A DNA stretch of 64,000 nucleotides, taken from the NCBI GenBank assembly GCA_007375735.1, contig VMEW01000007.1, positions 1,494 to 65,493 on the forward strand. Reading direction: 5' to 3'. This document shows, in pieces, positions 17,186 to 25,310 of this stretch (the first letter of the stretch is position 1; each line of letters begins with the position of its first letter). Both the position numbers and the translations under genes were made by a program. This stretch comes from Candidatus Peregrinibacteria bacterium Greene0416_19. Lineage in GTDB: Bacteria > Patescibacteriota > Gracilibacteria > Peribacterales > Peribacteraceae. The notes below the pieces were generated by a model, which saw only the letters and a list, made by a program, of their open reading frames with translations, had not been told where the DNA came from and did not search any database.

Positions 17186-19672
17186 ATGGAGGCTGGAAAC
17201 GCGCAGACAAACGAAGCGCCCAAAGAAGCCGGCGCGCGTGCGGCCGAGAAGCTTCTGAATGCCGATGGCAAAATGGACAAACAGGAACTGCAGAAGATGG
17301 TGGATGATCTCAAAGCCACCACCCGTGATATGGCGGAAAGCAACAAGAATCAGCTGAAGACACTCAGGGACTGGCTCAGCGCCCAGGGCACACAGGCGGT
17401 GCAGGACTACGCGCAGAGCAAGGGGCTACAATCCGCAGATCAACTCACAAAACAAGACCGCGATGCCTTCGTGAAAGGGTTTGCCGAGAAGCTCCACATC
17501 AGCGCCGCCGGCCAGGGCATGAGCATCGACTCTCTCGGTTCCAGTGTGGTTCTCCGTGTGCAGGAGCGTACCGCTGCGGAGAAGCAACAACACAACAAGC
17601 AAGCGGAGCAAAAGCAGTACAACGATGCCATCGCGAAATATGATGGAATGCCCCCCGAGGCGAAGGAGGCAATGAAAGTCATCATAAAGGATTTGGATAG
17701 GCAGACTGTGTATCTTCTCGTCATCCAAAATGGCGACATGCCTGCGTTACAACTCCAGACTGCAGCGCGCGTCCTCGGCTCTCTGCCGGACAAAGCGAAA
17801 ATCATGCAGGTCATCACCACGGATTTCGGCGGTCGGCTCTCCATGTTCGATCCGGCCAAGCAGGGCGAAACCCAAGCAATCTACAACGGCCTCAGAAAGC
17901 AGGCGGCGGGCATCGTGGATCGGACGAATCCACAGTTCACCATCTTGAGCCGCAAAATCAATCTGTTGAACAAGTTGGGTCTTGCGCAGGGGCAGGATGC
18001 CCGGAGTGAGCAGCAGAGCCGGCTGACGCAGAATGATCTCGCGACTCCTGAGGATAAAGAGAAAATGGCCAAATCCTTTATCGATCGTGTGCAAGGTCTA
18101 CCAGATGGCAAGTCTCTTACTGAGATGTACAACCGCCAGCTGCCGCAAATGAAGGCGCAGTTCGATGGACTGCTCAAGCAGGTGCCGGAGGGGAAGCTGG
18201 AGGCGGTGGGCAAAGTGGTACTCGTACTGGGAAATCAGCAGCAGTTCACTGAACGGGAGATGAGTACGGCTATTCAGGAGACGTTGGGTGCCAAACCAAC
18301 AGTGGATGCCAAGCTCCGTCTGCGCGTGGATCTGGCCAAGAAGTTCCTTGATGCCCAGGGGCTCAAGAGTGATGCACTCCAGTCCTACGTCGATGCAGCG
18401 TCCAGCCAGTCCACCGATATGGCCCGCAATCCGAACACGCAAGCTCTGGCATCGCAGGCACAAACGCAGAATCTCTCCCGCTTCGAACAGGCGCAGATCC
18501 GGCTCATGCAGTCACAGGCGATCCTGAATCATCCGCGAGCCAGCGGATTGCAGAAAATTGGAGCGATGGCGACTATGCTCTACACGCAGGTGGAGATGTT
18601 TATGAACGGGAAAAAGCAGGAGTACTTCCAGCGGCCGCAAGCGGCGGCCCCAGAAGCTCCAAAGGCGGGCGAGCCGGGAAAAGAGGAGACCAAGCCGGAG
18701 ACCCAGCTGACCAAATTGAAAGGCGAGCAGCAGAAGCTCCAGAAGGAAGTGAAGGATTGGACCGATTATAAAACTCAATTGGAGGCCAGAAAGGCGGGCG
18801 AGCCAAAGCCGAACGGGGAGCAGATGAAACAAATCGAAGAAGGCATCGCGAAGGCGACGCAGAAGATCAAGGAGAAGACGACGGCGATCAAGAGTGTGGA
18901 GGAGATGATGAAGGCGACGGAGAAATCGGAAGCGGAGGTGAAGGGGCGAAAGGAGGAAGTGGGAGAGATGGTGAAAAAATTGGAGGAGTATAAAACAAAG
19001 TTGGTATCTGAGAAAAAGGATGTGAAGGACGTCGATAAGGCAATCGAGTCTCTAAACAAACTCAAGGGGAAGGAGTCGGTCTCTCAAGAAGAGTTCGACA
19101 AGGCAAAGAGTGAAATAAAGCCGGTGCTTGATAAGCAAAATGCCGCACAGAAAAAGAACGAGGATGAGAAGAAGCGGGGTGACAACCGTGATAAAGCCAC
19201 TGAGAACATGGAGAAGAATTCGGAGTATGGGAAGGCCGCACACATATTTGCTTTAGCATTGGCATTTAACGACATAAGCAGGATTGCGAATGTGAACAAG
19301 GATGTTGCCATCACTCAGTTAGCCGCCGACGTGCCGCCGTCTGGTGTTGCCGGCAACGTGGCCGATCAGATAGTCCACTACTTCCAAAATGATTCGGGAA
19401 CATGGACGAGCAATGCGCCCAATAAAACATTCGGTCTGGAAATTTCTCACGGCGGCGACTTAGAGGAGAATGACGGAAGCAACTGGTTCTACGATACGGA
19501 TTTAATTTCGAATTTCGCGACGAAGGTCAAGGACAGCCCGGAGGTGGCCATCCAGGAGCTCATGGCTATTCCGGATTCTGGCCTCAATGGCACAGCCAAG
19601 GTTCGGCTTGCCAAAATAAAGCAGAGCTTGAGCAAGCACATGGCTGACTTGGGCATCAAGAAGGAAGGCTGA
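17186..19672 (+). CDS. Coiled-coil K/E/Q-rich protein (~830 aa) with a globular C-terminal ~150 aa; function unknown
   Basis: Track ORF 17000-19672 overlaps the previous gene. In-frame ATGs at 17120 and 17186 are the plausible starts, and which one is used is uncertain. Confidence 0.75.
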   Translation: MEAGNAQTNEAPKEAGARAAEKLLNADGKMDKQELQKMVDDLKATTRDMAESNKNQLKTLRDWLSAQGTQAVQDYAQSKGLQSADQLTKQDRDAFVKGFAEKLHISAAGQGMSIDSLGSSVVLRVQERTAAEKQQHNKQAEQKQYNDAIAKYDGMPPEAKEAMKVIIKDLDRQTVYLLVIQNGDMPALQLQTAARVLGSLPDKAKIMQVITTDFGGRLSMFDPAKQGETQAIYNGLRKQAAGIVDRTNPQFTILSRKINLLNKLGLAQGQDARSEQQSRLTQNDLATPEDKEKMAKSFIDRVQGLPDGKSLTEMYNRQLPQMKAQFDGLLKQVPEGKLEAVGKVVLVLGNQQQFTEREMSTAIQETLGAKPTVDAKLRLRVDLAKKFLDAQGLKSDALQSYVDAASSQSTDMARNPNTQALASQAQTQNLSRFEQAQIRLMQSQAILNHPRASGLQKIGAMATMLYTQVEMFMNGKKQEYFQRPQAAAPEAPKAGEPGKEETKPETQLTKLKGEQQKLQKEVKDWTDYKTQLEARKAGEPKPNGEQMKQIEEGIAKATQKIKEKTTAIKSVEEMMKATEKSEAEVKGRKEEVGEMVKKLEEYKTKLVSEKKDVKDVDKAIESLNKLKGKESVSQEEFDKAKSEIKPVLDKQNAAQKKNEDEKKRGDNRDKATENMEKNSEYGKAAHIFALALAFNDISRIANVNKDVAITQLAADVPPSGVAGNVADQIVHYFQNDSGTWTSNAPNKTFGLEISHGGDLEENDGSNWFYDTDLISNFATKVKDSPEVAIQELMAIPDSGLNGTAKVRLAKIKQSLSKHMADLGIKKEG

Positions 19673-19706
19673 GGTGCACCGCGTCTATCTTTCCGCATTT
19701 TCGGTA

Positions 19707-19730
19707 CGGGATGACGAATCCCGGCTGCGG
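19707..19730. repeat. Dispersed hairpin repeat CGGGATGACGAATCCCGGCTGCGG (copy 1)
   Basis: 23 of 24 nt identical to 44875-44898. The stem is CGGGAT/ATCCCG. It lies in a convergent intergenic region. Confidence 0.7.
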
Positions 19731-19755
19731 TCATTTTTCCGGCCTTCCACGCCCA

Positions 19756-20040
19756 TTACACAGGGATGCGGACATGCCGCTCCAGGCGGACGATGCGGTC
19801 TTCGTGGTTTTCAATGCGATCCTTGTTCATGCCGATGGCATCACGGTTCGCACCCATGGCATCGTGGCGGATATCTTCGGCGACGACCTTGAATTCGTGA
19901 ATGATTTCGTCCTTCCAGCGCTCATTGTCATTGAGTATCTCGTCCTTCCAGCCCTCGGTCGCATCGTACAACTTGCCGATCTCCTGCATGATCATGCCGA
20001 TATCCTCTTTCGTGGCCGGTGGTGACGGTTGTGTAGTCAC
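19756..20040 (-). CDS. Hypothetical small protein (94 aa)
   Basis: ORF with internal duplication (WKDEILNDNERWKDEIIHEF). No known domain. Confidence 0.5.
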   Translation of the reverse strand: MTTQPSPPATKEDIGMIMQEIGKLYDATEGWKDEILNDNERWKDEIIHEFKVVAEDIRHDAMGANRDAIGMNKDRIENHEDRIVRLERHVRIPV

Positions 20041-20111
20041 GGGCTGGTCATCGTATCCGGCCAGTGCGTCCGAAGCAAGACGACTGGCGCACGTCGGGAA
20101 TATGCTCCTGC

Positions 20112-21026
20112 CTACGCTTCGTTCCGCTTCTCCCCCTCCTTCCTCGCCTCCTCCCTCTTCCTCATTTTCTCATACTCAATCTGCTGCTTCTTTCCCCGCG
20201 TATCCGCCTCCGCCTGCATCTTGCGGTTCACTGCGTCATTCTCCAGTTTCTGACGTCGCGTGATCTCCTCTGTGTCCAGCTTGGTGCGCTCCTCGGTGGC
20301 CCATTTCTCGGTGGAGGCGATCTTCTGGTGCATCTGCATCTCCAGCTGCTGCTTGCGGGCCTGGACCTCAGGCGTGGAGATTCCCGGTAGCATCGAATAC
20401 TGATTGCGATACTCGCTGTCGATCATGAATTTCTTCTGCAGTTCCTCGGTGTAGATCTTGTTCCGCCGCTCGCGGATGTCGGCCTGCATCAGGTCCTTCT
20501 GCACGATCAGGTCTTTCTCAACCTGTTCCTTACTGCGGAGCTCATCGCTATCCGCGCGGTTACGATGGAGCATGGCATCCGTCTCCACTTGGCTGATTTT
20601 CTGCTTCACTTCCTGCTCGCGCGCGATCCGCTTCTTTTCTTGCTGGATCTGCGTGGCCGCTTGGGCATGTACGTCCTGCAGGTACTCAGCCTGCTTTTTC
20701 TTCTGCTCGTCTTCCAGGCGCTCCTTCTCCGCCATCATGCGGATCTGCTGTTCCTTCTCCAGGCGCTCCTTCTCCTTTCGTTCTTTCTCGGTTTTCCTTT
20801 TCTTGCGGAATGCCTCCGCCTCCTTCTTCCGCTCGATCTCCGCGCGTTCCTCCTCTTGTAGTGCCAGGAAACTCCGCTTGGCACCCGCCTCTTGTTCCGT
20901 CTGGCGCTTCGCTTTGGCGTCGGCGATGCGCTTTTCCTCGGCCTTCATGCCCTCGAGGCTCTTTTTCTGGAATTCCTCAAGGATTTTCTTCTTGGCCTTT
21001 GGGTCGGTGGGATCGGCTGGGGGCAT
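20112..21026 (-). CDS. Highly charged K/E/R/Q-rich coiled-coil protein (304 aa)
   Basis: Track ORF trimmed to MPPADPTDPKAKKK, because the longer version overlaps the yafQ-like toxin, which ends at 21029. Confidence 0.6.
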   Translation of the reverse strand: MPPADPTDPKAKKKILEEFQKKSLEGMKAEEKRIADAKAKRQTEQEAGAKRSFLALQEEERAEIERKKEAEAFRKKRKTEKERKEKERLEKEQQIRMMAEKERLEDEQKKKQAEYLQDVHAQAATQIQQEKKRIAREQEVKQKISQVETDAMLHRNRADSDELRSKEQVEKDLIVQKDLMQADIRERRNKIYTEELQKKFMIDSEYRNQYSMLPGISTPEVQARKQQLEMQMHQKIASTEKWATEERTKLDTEEITRRQKLENDAVNRKMQAEADTRGKKQQIEYEKMRKREEARKEGEKRNEA

Positions 21027-21028
21027 GG

Positions 21029-21316
21029 TTACTCGTGGAAGAGTTGCGAATGAGTGCCGGAGCGAAGGAGATGGAGGACAAGCTTGTCCTTCTTCTGTCG
21101 ATACACCAGGAGCCAATCCGATTCGATATGGCACTCCCGTCGTCCTTCCAAATCTCCGCTCAACGAATGATCTCGATACTGTTCGGGCATTTGCTGCCCC
21201 GCCGCCAACAATGCGATAGCGCGTGTAAGTTTTCGCATGTCATAACGTTTCGATTTCTCAAGTCGCTTCACGTCACGCCGAAATCGCTTTGCTTCCACTA
21301 CCTGATACATGTCCAC
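21029..21316 (-). CDS. yafQ: Type II toxin, YafQ/RelE-family mRNA interferase
   Basis: 95 aa with KRFRRDVKRLEK and DHSLSGDLEGRRECHIESDWLLVYR, the signature of YafQ-type toxins. Confidence 0.85.
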   Translation of the reverse strand: MDMYQVVEAKRFRRDVKRLEKSKRYDMRKLTRAIALLAAGQQMPEQYRDHSLSGDLEGRRECHIESDWLLVYRQKKDKLVLHLLRSGTHSQLFHE

Positions 21317-21326
21317 ATTCTATCAT

Positions 21327-21644
21327 TCATTGATCAGACAATTGCCCAAACCGTTTCTCCGCGCGCTTTCTCCATCCTTTTCCCAAAATATCATCCATCA
21401 GCTCTTCGGCAGAATTGAACCTCTTCCCATGCTCCAGAGCCCATTTTTCTTCCCGGAGCATCCTCCGCTCCTGAGAAGGGGTGAATCCGTTCACCGTGCG
21501 GATCTCGAAGGGAATGCTGCCGGTGATGGTGATCTGCCGGAGATAGAGGTTTATGGCGCTGCTCAGGTCGAGTCCCATTTCTTTGAGCATTTTCTGGGCC
21601 TTCTGCTTCAACTTCGCATCGGTGCGGACGTGGATGACGCTCAT
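21327..21644 (-). CDS. dinJ: Type II antitoxin, DinJ/RelB family
   Basis: IHVRTDAKLKQKAQKMLKEMGLDLSSAINLYLRQI is a ribbon-helix-helix DinJ-type N-terminus. The gene lies immediately upstream of the toxin. Confidence 0.8.
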   Translation of the reverse strand: MSVIHVRTDAKLKQKAQKMLKEMGLDLSSAINLYLRQITITGSIPFEIRTVNGFTPSQERRMLREEKWALEHGKRFNSAEELMDDILGKGWRKRAEKRFGQLSDQ

Positions 21645-21650
21645 GCAACA

Positions 21651-21678
21651 AGTGTAGCAAATGTGTAAACAATGTCAA
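21651..21678 (-). promoter_or_regulatory. Sigma70-like promoter giving a leaderless dinJ-yafQ transcript
   Basis: The minus strand reads TTGACA (21678..21673), a 16-nt spacer, TACACT (21656..21651), then 6 nt to the ATG at 21644. Confidence 0.5.
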
Positions 21679-21680
21679 CA

Positions 21681-23492
21681 TCAATCTTTCACGATCCTGA
21701 TCCCCAGCTCCCGCAACTGCCTCTCCGGCACCTCCCCCGGCGCCCCGAGCAGCAGGTCTTTCGCTTTCTGGTCCTTGGGGAAGGCGATCACTTCGCGGAT
21801 GTTGGGCTCGCCGGCGACGATCATCACCAGGCGGTCGATGCCGTAGGCGAAGCCGCCGTGGGGGGGCGCGCCGTAGGTGAAGGCTTCCAGCATGTGACCG
21901 AAGCGCTTCTGCTGGTCTGCCCGAGAAATCCCGAGCATCTCGAAGACCTCCTGCTGGAGTGTGGCGTCGTGGATTCTGATCGATCCGGATCCGAGTTCGT
22001 AGCCGTCCAGCACAAGGTCGTAGCAGACGGAGTGGACTCCGTGCGGGTTCTCCTTCCGGCGCTTCCACTCTTCCACATTCGGGCTCGTGAAGGGATGGTG
22101 GGAGAAGGTGAGGGTGCCGTCCTCCATCTCCTCGAACATCGGGAAGTTCGTGACCCAGAAGAGCGAGTGGACGGAGGTGTCGATCAGGTTGAAGCGCTTC
22201 GCGGCTTCGCTGCGGATCCTCCCCAGGCTCGAGCAGACGGTCTTGAAGCCGTCGGCGCCGAAGAAGAGCGCGTCGCCGGTCTGTGCGCCGGTCGCCGCGA
22301 TGAGCTTGTCGAGGAACCCTTCCTTGAAGAACTTCACGAGTGGCGACTTCGGTCCTTCGGCTGTGAAGAGAATGTACGCGAGCCCTTTTGCTTTCAGTTC
22401 CTTCGCGAGCTCCGTCCACGTGTCGATCTCGCTCCGCGTGAGCGCGGCCCCGCCGGGGACGCGCAGCGCGCGGACGGTCCCTTTGTTCTTGAGCGCCTTC
22501 TCGAAAACCTCGAAGCCGCATCCGTCGCAGAGTGCGGAGATGTCGACGATCGGGAGATCGTAACGGAGGTCCGGCTTGTCCGATCCATAGCGGTCCATCA
22601 CGTCCTGCCAGGTGTAGCGCTGCACGCCGTCGCCCTTCAGGGGTTTGCCGGAACACTCGGCGAGCACACGAACGACAGACCCTTCCACCGTTTTCTGCAC
22701 GTCCTCCTGGGTGCAGAAGCTCATTTCGAGGTCGAGCTGCACGAACTCCGGCTGCCGGTCGCCGCGCTGGTCCTCGTCGCGGAAGCAGCGCGCGATCTGG
22801 AAGTAGCGGTCCAGCCCCGCCACCATGCAGAGTTGCTTGAGCTGCTGTGGGCTCTGCGGAAGCACGAAGAATTGCCCGGGGTACAGGCGTGACGGGACGA
22901 TGTACTCCCGTGCGCCCTCCGGTGTTCCCTTGATGAGGCAGGGGGTGTCGACCTCGATGCATCCTTGTTCGGTAAAATAATTGCGGATGATCTGGAAAAT
23001 TTTCGATCGCAGGATGATGTTCCGCTGCATCCGCTCGCGACGAAGATCCAAGTAGCGGTACTGAAGGCGCAATTCCTCATTTACCTCCGCCGCGGGGCCT
23101 GCACTGTCTTCCTTGTTTCCCCGCACGGCGGAGCCGTGCTGCTGGGGGTGGTCGATTTCAAACGGCGGCGTCTTCGCCTCGTTCAACACGTCGACCGCCG
23201 TCACCTCCACCTCGATCATGCCGGTCGGATTATCGGAGCGTTCCGCCCCCGCGATTCTCTTTCGCACCGTTCCGGTTACCTTCAACACCCACTCGGGACG
23301 GATGGTTTCGGCGGTCTTAAAAATCTTCCCATGCTTCGGGTCGAACACGATTTGCGTGAACCCGTAGCGATCACGGAGATCGACGAAGATGAGCCCGCCG
23401 TGGTCGCGGCGCCGCAGCACCCAGCCGCAGAGGGTCACGGTTTCGCCGGCGTGGTCGGCGCGGAGATCGCCGCAGGTGTGGGTGCGGAGCAT
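21681..23492 (-). CDS. aspS: Aspartate--tRNA ligase
   Basis: 603 aa. The N-terminal OB region RTHTCGDLRADHAGETVTLCGWVLRRRDHGGLIFVDLRDRYG and the class II motifs (FRDEDQRGDRQPEF, GSIRIHD, YGAPPHGG) are present. Confidence 0.95.
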   Translation of the reverse strand: MLRTHTCGDLRADHAGETVTLCGWVLRRRDHGGLIFVDLRDRYGFTQIVFDPKHGKIFKTAETIRPEWVLKVTGTVRKRIAGAERSDNPTGMIEVEVTAVDVLNEAKTPPFEIDHPQQHGSAVRGNKEDSAGPAAEVNEELRLQYRYLDLRRERMQRNIILRSKIFQIIRNYFTEQGCIEVDTPCLIKGTPEGAREYIVPSRLYPGQFFVLPQSPQQLKQLCMVAGLDRYFQIARCFRDEDQRGDRQPEFVQLDLEMSFCTQEDVQKTVEGSVVRVLAECSGKPLKGDGVQRYTWQDVMDRYGSDKPDLRYDLPIVDISALCDGCGFEVFEKALKNKGTVRALRVPGGAALTRSEIDTWTELAKELKAKGLAYILFTAEGPKSPLVKFFKEGFLDKLIAATGAQTGDALFFGADGFKTVCSSLGRIRSEAAKRFNLIDTSVHSLFWVTNFPMFEEMEDGTLTFSHHPFTSPNVEEWKRRKENPHGVHSVCYDLVLDGYELGSGSIRIHDATLQQEVFEMLGISRADQQKRFGHMLEAFTYGAPPHGGFAYGIDRLVMIVAGEPNIREVIAFPKDQKAKDLLLGAPGEVPERQLRELGIRIVKD

Positions 23493-23608
23493 GAAGGGAG
23501 TATAGGAGCAAGCTTTGGCTTGGGCTAGGCAAACTGGGTGCCGCCGTCTTTCTAAATCCGCCGCACCCCGGAAGGGTGCTGCTGCGGTAAAATGATTTCT
23601 ATTGATCT

Positions 23609-23632
23609 CAGCAGCACGGCTCCGCCGTGCGG
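23609..23632. repeat. Hairpin repeat CAGCAGCACGGCTCCGCCGTGCGG (intergenic copy)
   Basis: Identical 24-mer at 24744-24767. The stem is GCACGGC/GCCGTGC. Confidence 0.75.
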
Positions 23633-23635
23633 CAC

Positions 23636-25063
23636 TTACAGTTTCAGGTACCTCCTAGCTCCCTCCAGCACCCCCTCCATCTCCCTCTTCACTCTCCTGT
23701 ACTCCCGGTTCCCCCTGATCTCCTCCCGCCGGTTCTCGAACCAATCCACCGGCCGCCGGCGCTGATTGAGCGGGATGTTCTCCAGGTCCGGCGTCACGTT
23801 CTCGCGGGCGCGGTTGACCAGAGGGTAACGGTCGATGATGCCGACGATGTCGCGCTGCGTCCGCTTGCCGAGGTCCGGGATGATGAGGCCGGCGTCCACC
23901 TCGTCGCCTTCCGGCGTGGTGCAGGCCTGGTAGGAGACGTCGCCATCCGGGCTCAGGACGACGCCATTCACGCACATCACCGTTCCTCTGCCGGAGAAGA
24001 GGGGGTTGCCCGGAAATTTTTCCACCGCCCGCCCCTCCGCGGCGCCGATGAAGGGCAGCCGCTTGAGGGACTTGCGAAGCCTCATGAGGATCGCCTCGTC
24101 GGATGAGCCCGCAGCGCGTCCCTTCCGGATCTCGTACACCGCCAGCCTGGATTCCGTCGCCCACGGCCGGAGCGACTGCATCGAGAAGGACCCGATGCGC
24201 GTGGTAAGTTCCTCCAGCTCCCGCAGGTTCCGCGCGAAGAGGTAGACGATGGAGGGATCGACACGCGTCTCGATGGTGTGCTGCAGGTGCTTCCAGTAGA
24301 CCTCGGGCTTTGCGGCGAATGCCGGGACCAGCGAGGGATGCGGAGCGGAGATGCGGACGTGGTCGCTCGTCGAAATCTGATTTTCGAGCATGTACGACAC
24401 CGCCAGATCTCCCACCGATCCTCTGCCGAACGGGAGTGTGGAGACGGCGGCATGGAGCGTGAGCGCGTCTCGGAGCTTGCGAGGGTCGGATTGGAATTCG
24501 CGTTGGAAACGTGCATGCATTGAGGGATCGCCCGCGGCCGCACCGGCCAGTTTCTCGCTGTCCGCAAGCTGGAAGGTCTCGATCGTGTGTTCGGCGATGT
24601 GACCGAAGTGCCTGCCGTAGAGAGGATCGCGCCAATTGATCGGGTTGCTGCGCCAGTAGAGCATCAGGTTGCCCGAGTAGTTGTTGAAGCGGTTCCGACG
24701 GTGGCGCGCGAGGGAGAGGGCGGCATCCAACGGCGTGGGAACACAGCAGCACGGCTCCGCCGTGCGGTGCAACGCATCCCATACCAGTACGTCGACCGCT
24801 TCCTCACGCAGCACGTCCCGCTGCAAGCCGGCGATGTGATCGAGCAGCTCCGTCACGTGCGGCCAGGGCATGGCCTTCCCGCTCCCGGGCGCATTGATGT
24901 AGCACATCGCGCAGTCGTACGGGCACCAGTTCATCACCTCCACGATGGCGGTGCGCAGGAGCAGCCGGTCGATCATCGGGCGGCCGAGGCCGGTGCGTTC
25001 CTGGAGGATCGTCAGGTAGGGTACGAGGGCGTCGGCGGGGAGCTGATCGAGGACCTGGATCAT
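23636..25063 (-). CDS. Radical-SAM-like protein (CxxxCxxC), otherwise unrecognised (475 aa)
   Basis: Trimmed to MIQVLDQ because the upstream part of the track ORF runs through a repeat element and into nrdR. Contains NWCPYDCAMCY 40 aa from the start. The remainder has no motifs I recognise. Confidence 0.6.
   Translation of the reverse strand: MIQVLDQLPADALVPYLTILQERTGLGRPMIDRLLLRTAIVEVMNWCPYDCAMCYINAPGSGKAMPWPHVTELLDHIAGLQRDVLREEAVDVLVWDALHRTAEPCCCVPTPLDAALSLARHRRNRFNNYSGNLMLYWRSNPINWRDPLYGRHFGHIAEHTIETFQLADSEKLAGAAAGDPSMHARFQREFQSDPRKLRDALTLHAAVSTLPFGRGSVGDLAVSYMLENQISTSDHVRISAPHPSLVPAFAAKPEVYWKHLQHTIETRVDPSIVYLFARNLRELEELTTRIGSFSMQSLRPWATESRLAVYEIRKGRAAGSSDEAILMRLRKSLKRLPFIGAAEGRAVEKFPGNPLFSGRGTVMCVNGVVLSPDGDVSYQACTTPEGDEVDAGLIIPDLGKRTQRDIVGIIDRYPLVNRARENVTPDLENIPLNQRRRPVDWFENRREEIRGNREYRRVKREMEGVLEGARRYLKL
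24744..24767. repeat. Hairpin repeat CAGCAGCACGGCTCCGCCGTGCGG (copy inside a CDS)
   Basis: Exact copy of 23609-23632. It is translated in frame as TAEPCCC within the radical-SAM-like protein. Confidence 0.75.
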
Positions 25064-25156
25064 CGTGTCGTCGCCTCTCCCGATGCATGCAGCCGCAATC
25101 TCTCGCCCGCGCGGTGAGACCGCGGGATGATCCACGAGCAGCCGGGCGCGGTGGGT

Positions 25157-25282
25157 GGCCCCCACCCCCTGACCCCCTCCCCCGAGGGGAGAGGGGGGAC
25201 TGGATTCAATATATTCACTGTTCAATAAGTGATCTCGCTCCCCCTCCCCCGTCGGGGGAGGGGGCTGGAGGGTAGGGGCTGG
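25157..25282. repeat. Gene-less pair of G/C-tract termini related to the inverted repeats of the DUF559 element
   Basis: GCCCCCACCCCCTGACCCCCTCCCCCGAGGGGAGAGGGGGG, about 40 bp of AT-rich spacer, then CTCCCCCTCCCCCGTCGGGGGAGGGGGCTGGAGGGTAGGGGCTGG. Compare 59210-59273 and 59655-59720. Confidence 0.6.
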
Positions 25283-25310
25283 TACCTGTAAAGAATGAGG
25301 AGGCACAATC

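Noticed and set aside
9460-19672. Interpreting the giant protein as a phage tape-measure protein and the cluster as a prophage remnant
   Set aside because: The Gly-zipper segments and coiled coils are reminiscent of tape-measure proteins. However, no capsid, portal, terminase, tail, integrase or lysis genes are adjacent, so the prophage call is unsupported. The resemblance is kept only as a note.
21391-22962. 523-aa minus-strand and 406-aa plus-strand (21672-22892) ORFs overlapping aspS
   Set aside because: aspS (21681-23492) is the frame with the class II synthetase motifs. The alternative frames are Arg/Pro/Gly-rich low-complexity translations.
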